Assembly: GCA_964016885.1 (NCBI GenBank)
Contig: OZ024763.1
Span: forward strand, 28,458,001 to 28,522,000
Length of the DNA: 64,000 bases
Direction of reading: 5' to 3'
Source: Eledone cirrhosa
Lineage: Eukaryota
Shown here: positions 1 to 12,374 of the stretch, in pieces
How positions within the stretch are numbered: the first letter of the stretch is position 1
Layout: every line of letters starts with the position of its first letter
Made by a program: the position numbers and the translations under genes
Notes under the pieces: model-generated
What the model saw: only the letters and a program-made list of their open reading frames with translations
Database searches by the model: none
What the model was told of the DNA's origin: nothing

Positions 1-2494
1 ATATTACACCAGTTTACACTTTGGAGGTGAATATTACACCAGATTACACTTTGGAGGTGAATATTACACCAGTTTCACTTTGGAATATTACACCATTTTA
101 TACTTTGGAGGTGAATATTACACCAGTTTCACTTTGGAATATTACACCAGTTTACACTTTGGAGGTGAATATTACACCAGATTACACTTTGGAGGTGAAT
201 ATTACACCAGTTTCACTTTGGAATATTACACCATTTTACACTTTGGAGGTGAATATTACACCAGTTTCACTTTGGAATATTACACCCGTTTACACTTTGG
301 AGGTGAATATTACACCAGTTTCTCTTTGGAATATTACACCAGTTTCTCTTTGGAATATTACACCAGTTTCACTTTGGAATATTACACCAGTTTCACTTTG
401 GAATATTACACCAGTTTACACTTTGGAGGTGAATATTACATAAGTTTCACTTTGGAATATTACACCAGTTTACACTTTGGAGGTGAATATTACACCAGTT
501 TCACTTTGGAATATTGCACCAGTTTCACTTTGGAGGTGGATATATTACACCAGTTTCACTTTGGATGTGGATATATTACACCAGTTTCACTTTGGATGTG
601 GATATATTACCCCAGTTTCACTTTGTAGGTGAATATATTACACCAGTTTTACTTTGCAGGTGAATATATTACACCAGTTTTACTTTCGATGTGGATATAT
701 TACACCAGTTTCACTTTCGATGTGGATATATTACACCAGTTTCACTTTCGATGTGGATATATTACACCAGTTTCACTTTGCAGGTGAATATATTACACCA
801 GTTTCACTTTGGAATATTACACTAGTTTCACTTTGGAATATTGCACCAGTTTCACTTTGGAATATTACACCAGTTTACACTTTGGAGGTGAATATTACAC
901 TAGTTGCACTTTGGAATATTACACCAGTTTACACTTTCGAGGTGAATATTACACCAGTTTCACTTTGTAGGTGTATATTACACCAGTTTCACTTTGGAAT
1001 ATTACTCCAGTTTCACTTTGGAATATTACACCAGTTTCACTTTGGAATATTACACCAGTTTCACTTTGGTGCTGGATATATTACACCAGTTTCACTTTGG
1101 AATATTACACCAGTTTACACTTTGGAGGTGAATATTACACCAGATTACACTTTGGCGGTGAATATTACACCAGTTTCACTTTGGAATATTACACCATTTT
1201 ATACTTTGGAGGTGAATATTACACCAGTTTCACTTTGGAATATTACACCAGTTTACACTTTGGAGGTGAATATTACACCAGATTACACTTTGGAGGTGAA
1301 TATTACACCAGTTTCACTTTGGAATATTACACCATTTTACACTTTGGAGGTGAATATTACACCAGTTTCACTTTGGAATATTACACCCGTTTACACTTTG
1401 GAGGTGAATATTACACCAGTTTCTCTTTGGAATATTACACCAGTTTCACTTTGGAATATTACACCAGTTTCACTTTGGAATATTACACCAGTTTACACTT
1501 TGGAGGTGAATATTACATAAGTTTCACTTTGGAATATTACACCAGTTTACACTTTGGAGGTGAATATTACACCAGTTTCACTTTGGAATATTGCACCAGT
1601 TTCACTTTGGAGGTGGATATATTACACCAGTTTCACTTTGGATGTGGATATATTACACCAGTTTCACTTTGGATGTGGATATATTACACCAGTTTCACTT
1701 TGCAGGTGAATATATTACACCAGTTTCACTTTGGAATATTACACCAGTTTACACTTTGGAGGTGAATATTACACAAGTTTCACTTTGGAATATTACACCA
1801 GTTTACACTTTGGAGGTGAATATTACACCATTTTACACTTTGGAGGTGAATATTACACCAGTTTCACTTTGGAATATTACACCAGTTTCACTTTGGAATA
1901 TTACACCAGTTTCACTTTGCAGGTGAATATATTACACCAGTTTCACTTTGCAGGTGAATATATTACACCAGTTTCACTTTGCAGGTGAATATATTACACC
2001 AGTTTCACTTTGGATGTGGATATATTACACCAGTTTCACTTTGCAGGTGAATATATTACACCAGTTTCACTTTGGTGGTGGATATATTACACCAGTTTCA
2101 CTTTGGAGGTGAATATTTCACCAGTTTACACTTTGGAGGTGAATATTTCACCAGTTTACACTTTGGAGGTGAATATTACACCAGTTTCACTTTCGTGCTG
2201 GATATATTACACCAGTTTCACTTTGGAATATTACACCAGTTTACACTTTGGAGGTGAATATTACACCAGTTTTACTTTGGTGGTGGATATATTACACCAG
2301 TTTCACTTTGGAGGTGAATATATTACACCAGTTTCACTTTGGAGGTGAATATTACACCAGTTTCACTTTGGAATATTACACCAGTTTCACTTTGGAGGTG
2401 GATATATTACACCAGTTTCACTTTGGAGGTGGATATATTACACCAGTTTCACTTCGGTGGTGGATATATTACACCAGTTTCATTTTGGAGGTGA
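1..2494. repeat. Minisatellite of mixed 24/30/31-bp units (ATATTACACCAGTTTCACTTTGGA[GGTGA])
   Basis: Continuous tandem units are visible. The block at ~1-610 recurs about 1.1 kb downstream (higher-order duplication). The array runs off the left edge of the window. Confidence 0.97.
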
Positions 2495-2559
2495 AATTTA
2501 TATTTGCTATTATATTTGATGATTTTAATGAATATGGCCTTGAAATCAATCAGAAAATG
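2491..2559 (+). CDS. Putative coding exon (VKFIFAIIFDDFNEYGLEINQKM) of an unidentified gene
   Basis: First non-repetitive open frame after the satellite. The acceptor tttcattttggag| is weak (GAG). The donor ATG|GTAACT is phase 0, which matches the next exon. Confidence 0.45.
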
Positions 2560-2820
2560 GTAACTCATTACATAAAGAAGTGAAATAAAAACTATACTCT
2601 AAATGACACTTAAAACATTTTAAATATCAAAATATTAAAACTTCATAAATATATTCTCCACTCGTGAGAATTTCAAAACTGTCGTCTGTTGATTAGCCAC
2701 CATGGCTTATAAATGGGGTTTGGATTCTGTCCTATTTCTCAAATATAAAAGGGATCGGCTTATAATTGAGTATATATAGTAATTAGGGCAAGTTAATTTA
2801 GGGTCTTTTAAAGATTGTGT

Positions 2821-3679
2821 GACTCCTTTTTACTCCAGTCCACTCATTAACACAGCACATTAAACACACCCTCGTTACACACCACATACTCCACACATGT
2901 ACTCACACACCATGCCATACACATCACTCACCATACATTATGCTCTACACATTATACTCTACACACTACACAACGCACATTACCTTCTACACAGCACACC
3001 ACACACATCACCTTCTATACAGCACACCACACACATCACCTTCTACACAGCACACCACACACATCAACTTCTACACACTACACCACACACATCACCACAC
3101 TACACCGTCGGACGCCAGGCTTTGACGCATAGAATTACGCCCCTTTCCATTCTGAGTTCAAATCCGGCCGAGGTTAACTGTCTTTCATTCTTACGGGGTC
3201 GATAAAATAAATTACCTGTGGGTAATTGCTGGACTTGTGCCAAAAGTAGAAAGAATTATATTAGTTTCTGTATATTTTCTATCGTGTGATAGACTCCTTT
3301 TTACTCCAGTCCACTCATTAACACAGCACATTAAACACTCACACATACACACAATTACACCACACCCTCGTTACACACCACATACTCCACACATGTACTC
3401 ACACACCACGCCATACACACCTCACATTATACTCTACGCACTACACAACGTACATTACCTTCTACACACCACACCAAACATATCACCACACTACACCGTC
3501 GGACGCCATGCTTTGGAGCATAGAATTACGCCCCTTTCCATTCTGAGTTCAAATCCGGCCGAGGTTAACTGTCTTTCATTCTTACGGGGTCGATAAAATA
3601 AATTACCTGTGGGTAATTGCTGGGCTTGTGCCAAAAGTAGAAAGAATTATATTTTCTGTATATTTTCTATCTTGTGTAG
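2821..3679 (+). repeat. Local tandem duplication (2821-3291 / 3292-3679) of a CA-rich tract, a 5'-truncated SINE and the intron 3' end
   Basis: Both copies start GACTCCTTTTTACTCCAGTCCACTC. Both carry the same SINE (3107-3262, 3498-3651) and end in TTCTGTATATTTTCTATC. Confidence 0.9.
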
Positions 3680-3752
3680 TTATCATGTCGAACCATTCCT
3701 ATAATTGTAAAATCTAAAAGTACTGTCAAACTTTATTTGACATCACAAAAAG
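3680..3752 (+). CDS. Putative coding exon (LSCRTIPIIVKSKSTVKLYLTSQK)
   Basis: Acceptor tattttctatcttgtgtag| and a consensus donor AAG|GTAAGT. Only the phase-0 frame is open. Confidence 0.6.
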
Positions 3753-3758
3753 GTAAGT

Positions 3759-6700
3759 CTCCCTCCTCTCTCCTCTCTCTATTCTCTCCCTCCTCTCTCT
3801 ATTCTCTCCCTCCTCTCTCTCTTGTTTCACTCCTCTCTCCCTCCTCTCCCTCTCTTGTTTCACTCCTCTCTCCCTCATCTCCCTTCTCTCACTCCTCTCC
3901 CCCTCTCCCTTCCCTCCCTCCCCTCTCCCTCCTCTCTCTTGTTTCACACCCCTCTCCCTCCTCTCTTCTTTCACTCCTCTCTCCCTCTTCTCTCTCGTGT
4001 TTCACACCTCTCTGCCTCCCCTCTCCCTTGTTTCCCTCCTCTCCCTTCACTCCTCTCTCCCTTGTTTCCCCTCCTCTCTCCCTTGTTTCACTCCTCTCCC
4101 TCTCTTGTTTCACTCCTCTCTCTATCCTCCCTCTATCCTCCCTCTTCTCTCTCCCTCCTCTCTCTCTCGTGTTTCACTCCTCTCTCCCTTCTTTCACTCC
4201 TCCCTCCCTCTTCTCTCTCTTGTTTCACTCCTCCCTCCCTCTTCTCTCTCTTGTTTCACTCCTCCCTCCCTCTTCTCTATCTTGTTTCACTCCTTCCTCC
4301 TCTCCCTCCTCTCTCTCTTGTTTCACTCCTCTGCCACCTCACTCCTCTCTCCCTCCTCTCTCCCTCCTCTCTCCTGTTTCACTCTTCTCTCCCTCCTCTT
4401 TCACTCCTCTTCCTCCCCTATCCCTCTTGTTTCACTCCTCTTTCTCTTGTTTCACTCCTCTCCCTCCTCTCTCTTGTTTCACTCCTCTCCCTCTTCTCTC
4501 GTGTTTCACTCCTCTCCCTCTTTCACTCCTCTCCCTCCTCTCTCCCTCTCTCTTGTTTCACTCTTGTTTCACTCCTCTCTCCCTCCTCTCTCTCTTGTTT
4601 CACTCCTCTCCCTCATCTCTCCCTCCTCTCTCTCTTGTTTCACTCCTCTCCCTCTCTTGTTTCACTCCTCTCTCTTGTTTCACTCCTCTCTCCCTCCTCT
4701 TTCACTCCTCTCCTTCCTCTCTCCCTCCTCTCTCTCTTGTTTCACTCCTCTCCTCTCTCTCCCTCCTCTCTCTCTCTCCTCTCTCTCTTGTTTCCCTCCC
4801 TCCTCTCTCTCCCTCCTCTCTCTCTTGTTTCCCTCCCTCCTCTCTCTCCCTCCTCTCTCTCCCTCCTCTCTCTCTTGTTTCCCTCCCTCCTCTCTCTCTC
4901 TCCTCTCTCTCTCTTGTTTCCCTCCCTCCTCTCTTGTTTCACTACTCCCTCCCTCTTCTCTCTCTTGTTTCACTTCTCTCTCCCTCTTCTTTCACTCCTC
5001 ATTCACTCCTCCCTCCTCCCCCCTCTTCTCTCTTGTTTTACTCCTCCCTCCCTCTTCTCTATCTTGTTTCACTCCTTCCTCCTCTCCCTCCTCTCTCTCT
5101 TGTTTCACTCCTCTGCCACCTCACTCCTCTCTCCCTCCTCTCTCCTCTTTCACTCCTCTCTCCCTCCTCTTTCACTCCTCTCCCTCCCTCTCTCTTGTTT
5201 CACTCCTCTCCCTCCTCTCTCGCTATCCTCTCTTTTGTTTCACTCCTCTATCCCTCCTCTTCTCTCTTGTTTCACTTCTCTCTCCCTCCTCTTTCACTTG
5301 TTTCACTCCTCTCTCCCTCTCTTGTTTCACTCCTCTCTCCCTCCTCTCTCTTGTTTCCCTCCCTCCTCTCGCGTTTCCCTCCCTCCTCTCTCTACCTCCT
5401 CTCTCTCTTGTTTCCCTCCCTCCTCTCTCTTGTTTCACTACTCCCTCCCTCTTCTCTCTCTTGTTTCACTACTCCCTCCCTCCTCTCTCTCTTGTTTCAC
5501 TCCTCTCACTCCTCTCTCCCTTCTTTCACTCCTCCCTCCTCCCTCCCTCTTCTCTCTCTTTTCACTCCTCCCTCCCTCTTCTCTCTTGTTTTACTCCTCT
5601 CTCTCTTGTTTCACTCCTCTATCCCTCCTCTCTCTTGTTTCACTCCTCTATCCCTCCTCTCTCTTGTTTCACTCCTCCCTCCCTCTTCTCGCTTGTTTCA
5701 CCCCTCCCTCCCTCTTCTCTCTCTTGTTTCACTCCTCTCTCCCTCTTGTTTCACTCCTCTCTCCCTCCTCTCGTTTCATTCCGCTTCTCTCGTGTTTCAC
5801 TCCTCTCACCTTCCTCTCTCTTGTTTCACTCCTCTCTCCCTCCTCTTTCACTCCTCTCCCTCCTCTCTCCCTCTCTCTTGTTTCACTCCTCTCTCTATCC
5901 TCTCTCTTGTTTCACTCCTCTCTCCCTCCTCTCTTTTGTTTCACTCCTCTCTCCCTCCTCTCTCCCTTCTTTCACTCTTGTTTCCCTCCTCTCCCTCCCT
6001 CCTCTCTCTTGTTTCACTCCTCTCCCTCCCTCCTCTCTCTTGTTTCACTCCTCTCCCTCCCTCCTCTTGTTTCACTCCTCTCTCCCTCCTCTTTCACTCC
6101 TCTCCCTCTCTCTTGTTTCACTCCTCTCTCCCTCCTCTCTCTTGTTTCACTCCTCCCTCCCTCCTCTCTCTTGTTTCACTCCTCTCTCCCTCTCTTGTTT
6201 CACTCCTCCCTCCTCCCTCCGTCTTCTCTCTTGTTTTACTCCTCTCTCCCTCCCTCCTCTCTCTTGTTTCACTCCTCTCCCTCCCTCCTCTTGTTTCACT
6301 CCTCTCTCCCTCCTCTTTCACTCCTCTCCCTCTCTCTTGTTTCACTCCTCTCTCCCTCCTCTCTCTTGTTTCACTCCTCCCTCCCTCCTCTCTCTTGTTT
6401 CACTACTCCCTCCCTCTTCTCTCTCTTGTTTCACTTCTCTCTCCCTCTTCTTTCACTCCTCATTCACTCCTCCCTCCTCCCCCCTCTTCTCTCTTGTTTT
6501 ACTCCTCCCTCCCTCTTCTCTATCTTGTTTCACTCCTTCCTCCTCTCCCTCCTCTCTCTCTTGTTTCACTCCTCTGCCACCTCACTCCTCTCTCCCTCCT
6601 CTCTCCTCTTTCACTCCTCTCTCCCTCCTCTTTCACTCCTCTCCCTCCCTCTCTCTTGTTTCACTCCTCTCCCTCCTCTCTCGCTATCCTCTCTTTTGTT

Positions 6701-8093
6701 TCACTCCTCTATCCCTCCTCTTCTCTCTTGTTTCACTTCTCTCTCCCTCCTCTTTCACTTGTTTCACTCCTCTCTCCCTCTCTTGTTTCACTCCTCTCTC
6801 CCTCCTCTCTCTTGTTTCCCTCCCTCCTCTCGCGTTTCCCTCCCTCCTCTCTCTACCTCCTCTCTCTACCTCCTCTCTCTCTTGTTTCCCTCCCTCCTCT
6901 CTCTTGTTTCACTACTCCCTCCCTCTTCTCTCTCTTGTTTCACTACTCCCTCCCTCCTCTCTCTTGTTTCACTCCTCTCACTCCTCTCTCCCTTCTTTCA
7001 CTCCTCCCTCCTCCCTCCCTCTTCTCTCTCTTTTCACTCCTCCCTCCCTCTTCTCTCTTGTTTTACTCCTCTCTCTCTTGTTTCACTCCTCTATCCCTCC
7101 TCTCTCTTGTTTCACTCCTCCCTCCCTCTTCTCGCTTGTTTCACCCCTCCCTCCCTCTTCTCTCTCTTGTTTCACTCCTCTCTCCCTCTTGTTTCACTCC
7201 TCTCTCCCTCCTCTCGTTTCATTCCGCTTCTCTCGTGTTTCACTCCTCTCACCTTCCTCTCTCTTGTTTCACTCCTCTCTCCCTCCTCTTTCACTCCTCT
7301 CCCTCCTCTCTCCCTCTCTCTTGTTTCACTCCTCTCTCTATCCTCTCTCTTGTTTCACTCCTCTCTCCCTCCTCTCTTTTGTTTCACTCCTCTCTCCCTC
7401 CTCTCTCCCTTCTTTCACTCTTGTTTCCCTCCTCTCCCTCCCTCCTCTCTCTTGTTTCACTCCTCTCCCTCCCTCCTCTCTCTTGTTTCACTCCTCTCCC
7501 TCCCTCCTCTTGTTTCACTCCTCTCTCCCTCCTCTTTCACTCCTCTCCCTCTCTCTTGTTTCACTCCTCTCTCCCTCCTCTCTCTTGTTTCACTCCTCCC
7601 TCCCTCCTCTCTCTTGTTTCACTCCTCTCTCCCTCTCTTGTTTCACTCCTCCCTCCTCCCTCCGTCTTCTCTCTTGTTTTACTCCTCTCTCCCTCCCTCC
7701 TCTCTCTTGTTTCACTCCTCTCCCTCCCTCCTCTTGTTTCACTCCTCTCTCCCTCCTCTTTCACTCCTCTCCCTCTCTCTTGTTTCACTCCTCTCTCCCT
7801 CCTCTCTCTTGTTTCACTCCTCCCTCCCTCCTCTCTCTTGTTTCACTCCTCTCTCCCTCCTCTTTCACTCCTCTCTTGTTTCACTCCTCTCCCTCCTCTT
7901 GTTTCACTCCTCCCCTCTTCTCTCTCTTGTTTCACTCTTCTCTCCCTCCTCTCTCTTGTTTCACTCTTCTCTCCCTCTTCTCTCTCTTGTTTCTCTCCTC
8001 TCTCGTTTCGCTCCTCTCTCGTCTCCCTCCTCTCTCCCTTACCCTCTTGTTTCTCTCATCTCTCCCTTCTCCTTCCTCTCTCTCATTTCTCCC
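3759..8093. repeat. 4.3 kb polypyrimidine minisatellite (TCTTGTTTCACTCC core with CT/CCT spacers)
   Basis: The + strand is strongly C/T-dominated. There is an internal ~1.45 kb duplication (marker CCGCTTCT at ~5781 and ~7224). Confidence 0.97.
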
Positions 8094-8095
8094 AG

Positions 8096-8106
8096 AAGAA
8101 TTGTGA
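8096..8106 (+). CDS. Putative terminal coding exon; the spliced product ends ...SQKEEL*
   Basis: ctcatttctcccag|AA GAA TTG TGA joins the phase-1 donor at 3752. AATAAA at 8159-8164 is followed by a T-rich tract. Confidence 0.55.
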
Positions 8107-11072
8107 ATATGGAAGATGGCTAACCATGAAGCAAAACAGCGAGACGGATAATGGAAATAATAAAACGTTCTTTTTCTTAACTAAATGCTGAAAAATCTAA
8201 AATCTTGGAGACAGGATAAAAATATAAAGACTATTTAAATATTAGTACACTATTCCATATAAATGTCAAGACTTGAAAATATCAACATTAGTTCACTATT
8301 CCAAGGATAAACACTTTGATTAATCTCCTCCAAAGTTGTAATTCTAACGAGTGACATGATAGTACAATGGTCATCTCTTCTTATATTTCTATGTATAACA
8401 TAACAATGCTCCTTACATTTATCCCAGGTATATAGAGGGATGTTCCGATGTCCACTGTTTGTAAAATAATGCAATAAGGAAACGCCATCATCCAGTAAAC
8501 TTTAGTAATACTCCAATAACGTCTCAGCCGCAATTTACGGTAGAAAATAGTAAGAAAAACAAAAGTCACACTCGGCAGTTAATGCAGTGAAAACAAACAA
8601 TAACAATATTATTACTAAATAATTATAATCTCTTACATTCAATAATTCTTTTTCTTAAACACGTAATTTATTTCAAATTTGTCGTATCATATATATGCTG
8701 TTTGTGTGTCTTTGTTTGTCAAGTGATTGACGGGGAGAAGCCGATCGATTAAATTGAACCTATAGAAATGACTGGTACTCTATTTTTCTGCTATAAAATT
8801 GTAAATTAATATCCACCGAGAACACAAAGGTGGTGTAATATCATTTAACAATTAGAAATTGAGTTATAAATGTATGTTCAGTGTGTAACGGGGTTCAATA
8901 TTTAGCTGGGGATATAGAATTTCTTTAAATTATTTCTTGTACCAGTAGCGAACTGGGATAGAAACCATTGTTATTCGGACGAAATAAATATACAAGCTTA
9001 GCGCAATCTAGTTGGAGTTACGGGACATTACTGCCAAGCACATCACTGTAGGTTCCAATCTTACATTGGTAAATATATAAAAGTGACATTTAACAATTTA
9101 TTTGTAAGTCGCACACAGGATTTAGGTATAAATGGCTTCTGCAGGACTACAACTGTTTCATTCGGAAAAATCATCAGGAAAGCCCTTGATTTCTTCCGAA
9201 TGAAACCGTTCTAGTCCTGCAGGAGCCACACTTACATACCCACACACACGTATGTGTGTATGTATGTATGTATTCATAAGCCCAAGTGTCTATGATGATA
9301 AGGTCCCCCTATCTTTGTATATTTATATGTCGATGTCTATTTCCACATGGCATCTCTGGTCCTCGCCTGCTTTACGTAGCATCTTAACTATCTAATATCT
9401 ATTCAGAGAGGTTCTCCCTTCATATCGCAAATATTCCTTTCTGACTCACTGAAAACTTGTCTTCCATCATCGAGTAAAAGTGATCTACATAAAGGATCTG
9501 TCTGATGTTGCTATGTATGTATGTAGGGACGTATAGCTTGCGAGGGAGTCTTGTTGACCCCACGTTGATATTCGGGGTGTCTTGGGTATTTTGTAAAAGC
9601 TGACTGATCCCATCTCTACCCTAGATCTGATCACAGGAGATATTGACCAGAGAAGGAGAAAGGAAGTAAGAAAGAGATATAGAAGAAGAATCGACCCCAG
9701 TACTACACTGGTACTTCGTTTTATCTACCTCGAATGGTGCTATAGTGGAACATTAACTTTGATGTACCTATATAAGTCATACCTTTTCTATACGTCTGTG
9801 TATGTAAGTTCGGTTTTCATAAGTATCTCTGTGAAATTTTAACAAGAGCAAGCATGTGTCCTGATGATTAGTCAATCGTTTTTAAGCTGGTATATGGTAT
9901 GTGTTTTTAATATGTATATATATTTACATAGAAGTGAGTAAATATGAATGTATATACATATATAGACAGTCGATCGACCTTCGTCAGATCGGACGGACGA
10001 AACAATGTTTCCATTGGTCATAATATCTATCGGTCGAAACTCGAGGTGGAAATAAATAAATAAATATATAATAAAAACAAGGACGAATGGGTACACCTTC
10101 ATTACGTTTATTGGTTCGTGGCGCGCATTTCGCTATTCATCAGCTTAAGGTTCGTTCTGTATCGATCTAGCCCGCCCTTGTCATCAATAACTTGTATATA
10201 TGTCTGTGTATGTATATATAAAATCGCCCATGGGACACCCTGGGGTAATCTAAATATACAGAGTGTGGGGTTAGCTGTTTTTAAATGATTACCCCTCCTC
10301 ATATTCCTTTGTTTATATAATGTATTGTAATACATGGCAACCTTAATACTTAACATTTATATTTTCATCTCGATATTATTAACACAGTATTCCAGAAGTA
10401 AAATAGAGATCTAATGAGAGATGAGTATTATAAAGATCTAAAGACGAGTGAAAACTTTCATCAACAAAATCGTCATGTACACCAACGAAAATGTATGTCT
10501 ACAGAATACATACAGATTAGTAAAATAAAGTTAGAGCAAATAAATGAGAGGTCACTTAACTTTACATGTTTAGTTTTATTTATATCGTGAAAAATGTTTG
10601 TCTTTCTTTAAACATTGTCTTTTTTTTTAAAATTAATTTTAGATTATTCCTACCTTATCTCTGTGGTCTCTTTTCATGGAGTCTACCTGTCCTGTTTCTT
10701 GGTTTTATTTTAAAAGTAATCCATTGGAACATCAGATATTAAATGAAATGTTAGGTAAAAGACACACCTTATGTTTATTCCAGGTATTTAGAGAGATGTC
10801 CACTGACAACAAAATAATGCAATAAGGAAATGCCATCATCCAGTAAAACTTGGTAATAATCCAGTCTCATCAGAGTCACCATTTTACAATAAACAATGGT
10901 AAGAACAAACAAAAACAAAAACAAGAGAACTATTCAGCTGTTAATGAAGTGAAGTGAATACATTCCTGAATAAAATAAATTTTTTACTTTCATTAAATTG
11001 TTTCTTTACTTTCTTTTATAAAACACACTTATTAATAGAAAATAAGCACAGCATTGTAGGTTCAAATCTTAC
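8096..11072 (+). repeat. Diverged, internally deleted leading copy (copy 0) of the tandem unit
   Basis: Homologous to 11786-16790 of unit 1, with deletions (for example of 13161-14537) and micro-inversions. Confidence 0.9.
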
Positions 11073-11211
11073 TATCCCTAATATTTACTATCAAATATCC
11101 CTAATATTTCTTCTCACTCCTTAACCAGAGAGAAAATGTCCTCGGACTCGGACAATATTGATCAGGAGAGAGTGTATATCCATACTTGGCAAGTCTTATC
11201 AGTTAACATGG

Positions 11212-11266
11212 TATATAAAAGGCAGTAAGAGGTGACTTGTTACTCCTACGAACGACATTGTCAGTT
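11212..11266 (+). promoter_or_regulatory. Candidate TATA box (TATATAAAAGG) with a downstream TCAGTT Inr-like motif, present once per unit (also ~18856, 26488, 34234, 42237)
   Basis: Motif match only. The spacing to TCAGTT (~49 nt) is longer than canonical. It could be a solo-LTR remnant. Confidence 0.35.
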
Positions 11267-11914
11267 AGCCTTCTAGAGCGAGGGAAGAAGGCTGTGTGTT
11301 TTTTCTCCTCTCACATAACACATACATTTGTCATTCATTAGATATCAATATACAAGAGAAAGAAAAAATTGAGAGCTTCACTCTTTTAAAAGTAACATTT
11401 ATTACATTAGAGCAAAATCTTGAATTAACGATAGTTTGTGACACTAAACATGGAAACACTGCGAACAATTTTGAGACAAGCTAATTACTATGAGAAGGAA
11501 AGATGTATGTATCTTCAACGCCAAGACATTTCTAAAGAAAACTGAAATGAGAAATTGATTGAAATGGAATAATTATTGAGACACCTTATAATATTTTTCG
11601 GGATATGTCTTACCTTATTTTGAAGAAATGTTTCGGGAAAGAGTTAATAAGCAGCTATATATATATATACATGACTTGTATATATATCTACTTTAATTAT
11701 TATATTTGTACAACGAAGGTATAAAAAGGAAACCTGTTTTGGTATCGAATGTTGAGCAAAAACGAGCTTCTTATACCCCTCACAGAAGAATTGTGAATAT
11801 GTATGAATATGAATTGAAAGATGACTAACCATGTTGAAGCAAAACAGCGAGGCGGATAATAGAAATAATAAAACATTCTTTTTCCTAGCTAAATGCTGAA
11901 AAATCTAAAACTCT

Positions 11915-12335
11915 AGATGAATATGTGTGATACCACTGAGAATATTGTTTTGGGCCATGGTCAACTGACATCCGAAAAAAACGGTTAGGCTCTTGAAGCA
12001 ACCCAGAGAAGAAGAAAACAGAAGACACTAGAATTATTTAGGGATCTGTCTTGTGAAGGAAGATGAGAAACTTTTGTAAATTTAGAGGAGATAAATCTTA
12101 GGGGAGACAAGACAAAAATATAAAGACTATTTAAATATTAGTACACTATTCCATATAAATACCAAGACTTGAAAATATCAACATTAATTCACTATACCAA
12201 GGACAAACACATAGAATTACAACTTTGGAGGAGATTAATCAAACGAGTGACATGATAGAAATATTTAAAACAATGAAAGGACTTCAACATTCAGAATTGC
12301 TGAAGAAAATGTAAATAGAAGAGATGACCATTGTA
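11915..12335 (+). mobile_element. Two decayed CR1-like LINE ORF2 C-terminal fragments (one pair per unit)
   Basis: Conceptual translations ALEATQRR...DLSCEGR...NLEE.NLRGD and ITTLEE...SDMIEIFKTMKG resemble the CR1-clade motif LE.VQRRATK...LSYEERL...LEERRLRGD.IE.FK. Confidence 0.6.
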
Positions 12336-12374
12336 CTATGTATAACATAACAATGTTCCTTACATTTATCCCAG

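Noticed and set aside
1-2494. CRISPR-like appearance and repetitive ORFs
   Set aside because: Units abut with no unique spacers, there are no cas genes, and the ORFs are translations of the satellite.
2491-3752. Assigning the spliced peptide to a CUB domain or a P-loop GTPase strand-helix-strand region
   Set aside because: Both resemblances are loose patterns over fewer than 50 aa and cannot be told apart without a profile search.
3737-8191. Three overlapping ORFs of 1369-1484 aa
   Set aside because: Stop-free only because the strand is nearly all C/T. All three frames are open and give low-complexity L/S/P/F products.
8415-8600. Minus-strand frame interrupted only by TGA codons (mitochondrial-code or selenoprotein reading)
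   Set aside because: No resemblance to a mitochondrial protein, no SECIS seen, and indels in the paralogs break the frame.
11450-11548. Short ORF METLRTILRQANYYEKER downstream of the TATA-like box
   Set aside because: No recognisable homology, and splicing from its T|GTATGT donor to the 11786 exon gives an immediate TAA.
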